A DNA stretch of 64,000 nucleotides from Deinococcales bacterium (lineage in GTDB: Bacteria > Deinococcota > Deinococci > Deinococcales > JAAFIG01): assembly GCA_043778225.1 (NCBI GenBank), contig JAYWGM010000072.1:1-64000 (forward strand), given 5' to 3'. The notes under the pieces were generated by a model. That model searched no databases. It saw only the letters and a program-made list of their open reading frames with translations, and was not told where the DNA came from. Both the position numbers and the translations under genes were made by a program. Shown here in pieces: positions 60,601 to 64,000 of the stretch. Numbering within the stretch: position 1 is the first letter of the stretch; every line of letters starts with the position of its first letter.

Positions 60601-60955
60601 CAGTCTGCTCGAGAATTGTTTGTACTGGAACACGATTTGCACTTTGTTGCAAAACCCAAGCCGAGAATTCGGCTGGAACATCACGCCACAATAAGCGCAA
60701 GCCCACCAACACCACGCTTTTAGGTAGTCTGAATTGCTCGAGCCGTGAACCTCTTGATGGAATTCGAGAATCGGAAATTATTTTTTGTACCCGCCAAATC
60801 TCATGGCGCACCAAAACATTGCCACCCTGGTCAGCAAAAACTTGGTGGAAAACTCGAGAACCTTGTGGCAATCCGCCAGCCGCATCCAAAACACCGCTCG
60901 AGAAAACTTGCCGCCCAGTCGCATCCATGCCACGTACCTCGAGCCACAATTGCCG
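60590..60955 (-). pseudogene. C-terminal fragment of a multiheme cytochrome c-like protein
   Basis: LRQLWLEV..DATG..FSSG.LD..DSRIP resembles C-termini of multiheme cytochromes; 5' end replaced by IS remnant. Confidence 0.5.
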
Positions 60956-61137
60956 TAATGATTGGAGCATGGATGATACAAGGACAAATGAGCAAATTAT
61001 ACTGTCGTGAACTCAAAGGCAATTGTACAAGTCCACAGGTACAAGAATTTATTGAAGACCTGACAAAAATACGAAAGAAGTCTGATCAAATGATGGTGAT
61101 TGTCTTGGACAATGCTGCCTTTCATAAAACCAAGTGA
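60956..61137 (+). mobile_element. IS630-family transposase fragment
   Basis: VQEFIEDL..VIVLDNAAFHK (DDE_3 motif) then premature stop. Confidence 0.7.
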
Positions 61138-61201
61138 ATTCTACTGTGCACTTTTTGCACAAAATATGCTCCAAGTCGCTATACCTTTATATAGTGGAAT
61201 C

Positions 61202-61233
61202 AAAAAGACCCTGTTAAACACAGGGTCTTTTTT
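61202..61233 (-). terminator. Intrinsic terminator of tRNA operon
   Basis: aaaaagaccctgt-taaac-acagggtcttttt. Confidence 0.85.
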
Positions 61234-61308
61234 GGTGGCGAGAGCCGGGCATGATCCGGCGACACTACGATTTTCAGTCGTATGCTCTACCAGCTGAGCT
61301 ACCCCGCC
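61233..61308 (-). tRNA. tRNA-Phe(GAA) with atypical T-loop
   Basis: 76-nt cloverleaf, anticodon loop CTGAAAA, encoded CCA; T-loop ATCATGC. Confidence 0.9.
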
Positions 61309-61368
61309 GTGGTAAAGCCTTGCAAATAACCGTTTGAAAAATCGCCCGAGCGAACCCGGGCTTTTTCG

Positions 61369-61444
61369 TGGCGGACCGGACGGGATTTGAACCCGCGACC
61401 ACCCGCGTGACAGGCGGGTATGCTAACCGCTGCACCACCAGTCC
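61369..61444 (-). tRNA. tRNA-Asp(GTC)
   Basis: 76-nt cloverleaf, loop CTGTCAC, GGTTCAAATCC, encoded CCA. Confidence 0.95.
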
Positions 61445-61474
61445 AAGGCAATGCTGCTCTCTCGAGCGGCGAGG

Positions 61475-61503
61475 AGTATACAAGCCAAGTTGCGTACTGT
61501 CAA
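61475..61503 (-). promoter_or_regulatory. Sigma70 promoter of tRNA operon
   Basis: TTGACA-N17-TATACT. Confidence 0.88.
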
Positions 61504-61526
61504 CTGTTTTGCTGCTAGACTTGGGT

Positions 61527-61787
61527 ATGACTTCTGAAGAACGAGTGGTTTTAGGTGGCAATGTCTGGATTTTCCTCGAGTCTCAACCAAGACCAATTGC
61601 CGAATCTTTTAGGCGAATGCTCGAGCCAGAGGGTATTCCCAGTGTCCTCAAAACACCTTATGGTTGGGTGATGAATACCAATGTGATTGAAGTTGAAACG
61701 GGTATTTATCAAGGTGATGTGATGCTGTACGTGCCAGAAGTGTGTTTAGAGGCAGCTCGAGATATTTTGGGCGAACCTGAATTGTAG
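61527..61787 (+). CDS. DUF2007-like small protein
   Basis: AE..RRMLEPEGIP, LYVPE..AARDIL; TGnTAGACT before ATG. Confidence 0.7.
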   Translation: MTSEERVVLGGNVWIFLESQPRPIAESFRRMLEPEGIPSVLKTPYGWVMNTNVIEVETGIYQGDVMLYVPEVCLEAARDILGEPEL

Positions 61788-61809
61788 GGCTTGCCATGGC
61801 AAGCCCTAC
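61784..61809. repeat. Perfect GTAG-type REP palindrome
   Basis: gtagggcttgccatggcaagccctac between convergent genes. Confidence 0.75.
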
Positions 61810-61813
61810 GCGA

Positions 61814-63370
61814 TTAGTTTTTACGGGCAATGCTTTTCATTTGCATAAAATGCAGCAAATAATCTGGTCCGCCAGCTTTGGAATCCGTGCCGGACAAGTT
61901 AAACCCACCAAACGGATGACAGCCAACCATTGCCCCAGTGATTTTACGATTCAAATACAAATTGCCTACGTGCAATTCGCGTTCGGCAAACTCGAGGCGC
62001 TTAGGGTCGCTCGAGAATAATCCGCCTGTTAAACCGTATTCTGTGCCATTCATGACTTCCATAGCGGTTTCAAAGTCCTTGACTGGAATAACTGCCAAAA
62101 TGGGCGAGAAAATCTCGTCTTGGGCGAGTTTATCGTTTGGTTTGACATCGGCGACAACAGTTGGTTGCACATAGTACCCTTCGGTTTCTGGGTTGCTTGT
62201 GGCAGTGCCGCCGGTTAAGACTCGACCTTCGGTTTTGGCAATCTCGAGGTATGTGCGTGATTTCTCGAGCGATTCCATGTTAATCACAGCATTCACGTAC
62301 TTATTCTCGAGCGGGTCGCCAACGCTCAGGGCATTAACTTTAGCCGTTACTTTCTCGAGAATTTCGGGGTAAACGCTTTCCACCACAATTAAACGACTGA
62401 GCGCACTGCATTTTTGCCCAGCAAAACCAAATGCTCCTGCCACGGCGGCGGTTGCGGCTGCCTCAAGGTCGGCGGTTTCATCTATAATCATGCCGTCTTT
62501 GCCACCAAGTTCTAAAGTCACGCGCTTAATCCAGCGTTGACCAGCCACAACTTTGGCAGCTTCGGCGTTGATGTGCAATCCAACGTTTTTAGAACCCGTA
62601 AAACTAATAAAACGGGTTTTGGGATGCTTGACCAGATAATCCCCAACCACCTCGCCCAGTCCGGGTAAAAAGTTAATCACACCAGATGGCAGCCCAGCCT
62701 CGAGAAGTAATTCAATCGCCTGAAATGCAATCACGGCGCTGTCCTCGGCGGGTTTGACAATCATGCAGTTCCCCGCCACGATTGGCGCACAGGCTTGCCC
62801 TAAAAAGATTGCAAATGGAAAATTCCAAGGGGTGATGCTGACCCCGACACCAAGCGGAATGTACTCGGCGCGGTCAGATTCGCCTTCCATTTGATAGGTG
62901 GCAATTGGCTGGCAGAGTTTTAAGGCACTGCGGGCATAATACTCGAGGAAATCTATGGCTTCTGCCGTTTCGCCTTCGGCTTCGGCGTAGTTTTTGCCAA
63001 CTTCATAAGTCAGCCAAGCATTGTACTCGAGTTTGCGCTCACGGATGATGGCGGCTGCCCTGACCAGCACCGCCACTCGAGTCTCGAGCGGCGTGACTTT
63101 CCAAGTTTCAAAGGCTTTATAGGCGACTTCTAGGGCTTGGTCGGCATGAGCAGTCGTGGCGCTCGAAACCCGCCCGATAATTTGGCTGGGCTTACACGGG
63201 TTATGCGACTCGATTTTATCCTCGAGCATGATTCGCTGGTCGCCGATAATGAGCGGGTAATCCAGCCCAAGTTGACTCGAGACTTTGGCAATCGCATGGC
63301 GATAAGCCGCCGCGTGGTTTGGGTGTGTGTAATCGGTGTAGGGTTCGCATTGGTAGGTCGGAAGGTTCAT
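61814..63370 (-). CDS. pruA: L-glutamate gamma-semialdehyde (P5C) dehydrogenase
   Basis: [52 protein letters not shown]. Confidence 0.92.
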   Translation of the reverse strand: MNLPTYQCEPYTDYTHPNHAAAYRHAIAKVSSQLGLDYPLIIGDQRIMLEDKIESHNPCKPSQIIGRVSSATTAHADQALEVAYKAFETWKVTPLETRVAVLVRAAAIIRERKLEYNAWLTYEVGKNYAEAEGETAEAIDFLEYYARSALKLCQPIATYQMEGESDRAEYIPLGVGVSITPWNFPFAIFLGQACAPIVAGNCMIVKPAEDSAVIAFQAIELLLEAGLPSGVINFLPGLGEVVGDYLVKHPKTRFISFTGSKNVGLHINAEAAKVVAGQRWIKRVTLELGGKDGMIIDETADLEAAATAAVAGAFGFAGQKCSALSRLIVVESVYPEILEKVTAKVNALSVGDPLENKYVNAVINMESLEKSRTYLEIAKTEGRVLTGGTATSNPETEGYYVQPTVVADVKPNDKLAQDEIFSPILAVIPVKDFETAMEVMNGTEYGLTGGLFSSDPKRLEFAERELHVGNLYLNRKITGAMVGCHPFGGFNLSGTDSKAGGPDYLLHFMQMKSIARKN

Positions 63371-63387
63371 AATTTCTCCTAAAAGCC

Positions 63388-63678
63388 TTATGAATCAAGG
63401 CGGTGAATCCAATAAAACGGATGGCGGCGTTTATGGGCAATCGCATAAAATAGAATGGTATCGGCTCGAGCTTCGTAAATCAGATGAAACTCGTATTTTC
63501 CGACGGTCTTTTTGCGAATACCGTCAATCTGAGTTTTTGGCGCAGCTTCTGGGAATAAACAGGCATCGGCGATGGTTTCTTCGAGTGCCACCACAAATGG
63601 ATTGGCATTCTCTGATTCAAATTGATTAGACAAATACAGCATTTCCTCGAGAAAATCTGGGTGGTAAAGTCGCGTCAC
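63388..63678 (-). CDS. RelE/ParE family toxin
   Basis: FPEA, IRK, LIYE, AIAHKRRHPFYW. Confidence 0.85.
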   Translation of the reverse strand: MTRLYHPDFLEEMLYLSNQFESENANPFVVALEETIADACLFPEAAPKTQIDGIRKKTVGKYEFHLIYEARADTILFYAIAHKRRHPFYWIHRLDS

Positions 63679-63884
63679 TTTTTAACTCGAGTTGGTGAGA
63701 AAACTTCGTCATGGGTTAAGAATTTGATTTGACCAGAATCAAAATCCGTTTTTCGGCGTGAAACTTCGGCTAACCATTCGAGACTTAGCATTTCTTCGTC
63801 CAGACTTGTCATAAAGGCTTGTAAATCAGCGCGTTCTTGCGGACTTAATTCGGTCACTCGTTCTTTGACTTCGGCTAGGCTCAT
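63675..63884 (-). CDS. Addiction-module antitoxin
   Basis: LSPQERA..WLAEVSRR..HDEVF; overlaps toxin start. Confidence 0.8.
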   Translation of the reverse strand: MSLAEVKERVTELSPQERADLQAFMTSLDEEMLSLEWLAEVSRRKTDFDSGQIKFLTHDEVFSPTRVKK

Positions 63885-64000
63885 AAGTTTATTCTGCTCC
63901 TTTTTGAAAATAAATCAAGTTTATCATTCAAATTTTTTCTTGAAGATACGATACAAACTTTCCATTTGGATGCTGCTGCAATGCCACCAAACGCCCGTAC

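Noticed and set aside
60467..61010. ORFs with repeated peptides (GLQTKYP, GFKPSTLW)
   Set aside because: Translations of the tandem array, whose 23/24-bp units do not keep frame.

Overview
Bacterial chromosomal window of roughly 50% GC, most likely Deinococcota (Deinococcales/Thermales-like). This is inferred from the non-discriminating AspRS, Roadblock cluster, BTAD/AAA regulators and many apparently leaderless genes. Housekeeping genes (serS, greA, aspS, prmA, transaldolase, P5C dehydrogenase, ABC components, tRNA-Asp, tRNA-Phe) are interleaved with accessory loci: three BTAD/TPR regulators next to exported-protein genes, three type II toxin-antitoxin pairs, MITE/REP repeats and an IS630 remnant. 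Main findings: (1) a conserved uncharacterised 243-aa protein is followed by a separately promoted ~355-nt structured RNA with two circularly permuted tRNA-like domains (54113-55258); (2) an unannotated 41-aa secreted Gly-rich peptide is divergent from a TPR-BTAD regulator across five exact 11-bp-period repeats, a candidate peptide-signalling system; (3) an Asn/Asp leader-peptide attenuator precedes the non-discriminating aspS; (4) CTCGAG is about 20-fold over-represented in the 2 kb counted and visibly dense throughout; (5) four 23-27-bp tandem arrays each copy the stop codon of the adjacent gene. All family assignments come from motif recognition by eye; no searches were run.
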